The position numbers and the translations under genes were made by a program. From Octopus bimaculoides (lineage: Eukaryota): a stretch of DNA of 64,000 bases. This document shows positions 62,996-64,000 of this stretch, one piece after another. The notes under the pieces are model-generated. The model saw only the letters and a list, made by a program, of their open reading frames with translations, searched no databases and had not been told where the DNA came from. Within the stretch, counting starts at the first letter, position 1. Each line of letters starts with the position of its first letter. Location of the stretch: assembly GCF_001194135.2 (NCBI RefSeq), contig NC_068982.1:113083234-113147233 (forward strand), read 5' to 3'.

Positions 62996-63444
62996 NNNNN
63001 NNNNNNNNNNNNNNNNNNNNNNNNNNNNNNNNNNNNNNNNNNNNNNNNNNNNNNNNNNNNNNNNNNNNNNNNNNNNNNNNNNNNNNNNNNNNNNNNNNNN
63101 NNNNNNNNNNNNNNNNNNNNNNNNNNNNNNNNNNNNNNNNNNNNNNNNNNNNNNNNNNNNNNNNNNNNNNNNNNNNNNNNNNNNNNNNNNNNNNNNNNNN
63201 NNNNNNNNNNNNNNNNNNNNNNNNNNNNNNNNNNNNNNNNNNNNNNNNNNNNNNNNNNNNNNNNNNNNNNNNNNNNNNNNNNNNNNNNNNNNNNNNNNNN
63301 NNNNNNNNNNNNNNNNNNNNNNNNNNNNNNNNNNNNNNNNNNNNNNNNNNNNNNNNNNNNNNNNNNNNNNNNNNNNNNNNNNNNNNNNNNNNNNNNNNNN
63401 NNNNNNNNNNNNNNNNNNNNNNNNNNNNNNNNNNNNNNNNNNNN

Positions 63445-63477
<33 letters not shown>

Positions 63478-63914
63478 TATATATATAGATATACGTATGA
63501 TGCTAAGAGAAAAAATCCATGGAAAAAGAGGAAAATAATTTTAAAATACACCAATCGGCTATATTCAAGGAACCTAAGTAAGAAGATAAACAAATTGAAA
63601 TGCTATATGTTAATTTTATTTTAATGATAAGTTTGTATTTACTAATACGATGTCAGCTTGGCAGACGTTCAAATAAGGGCAATAAATGAGGTGACATTAA
63701 TGATAATATGACCGACATTATATCCAGCAAGTTATAAACTTAAGACCTAGTAGGATTCCTCATTATTTACAGCATCATCATCACAAACTGATTTTAGTGA
63801 ACGACTCAAAAACAAATCAATTTTCGAATATATAGTACATATTCATATCCGTAAATATCAGAAGAAAAGAAGACTTAATGAATAAAAATCAAAAATGTAA
63901 ATAGATATGTATCC

Positions 63915-64000
<86 letters not shown>

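Overview
AT-rich animal genomic DNA from a gappy draft scaffold (many N runs). The SINE families and the density of compound di-/tri-nucleotide microsatellites strongly suggest a coleoid cephalopod (Octopus-like); this is an inference from recognising the repeats, not from a search. I found no host protein-coding gene I can support; the window looks intergenic or intronic and is dominated by transposon debris. It contains R4/Dong-like RLE LINE pieces, APE-type LINE remnants (RTE- and L1/Tx1-like), three Penelope-like element (PLE) remnants, a near-complete Tc1, a DD37D/maT-type mariner interrupted by a SINE, an internally deleted Helentron (Rep-Hel-endonuclease) with two non-autonomous HINE-like partners, and about 30 tRNA-derived SINE copies, some in tandem arrays. 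The most interesting signal is that each PLE remnant carries an inverted duplication of its 3' pseudo-LTR. In two of them (36.6-36.8 kb and 61.7-61.95 kb) each arm folds into a complete minimal type-I hammerhead-ribozyme topology with a non-canonical core (possible G3:C8 swap; U at position 6; one extra base after A9). One of these also retains a 50-nt spliceosomal intron. Most ORFs in the supplied track are microsatellite or gap artefacts.
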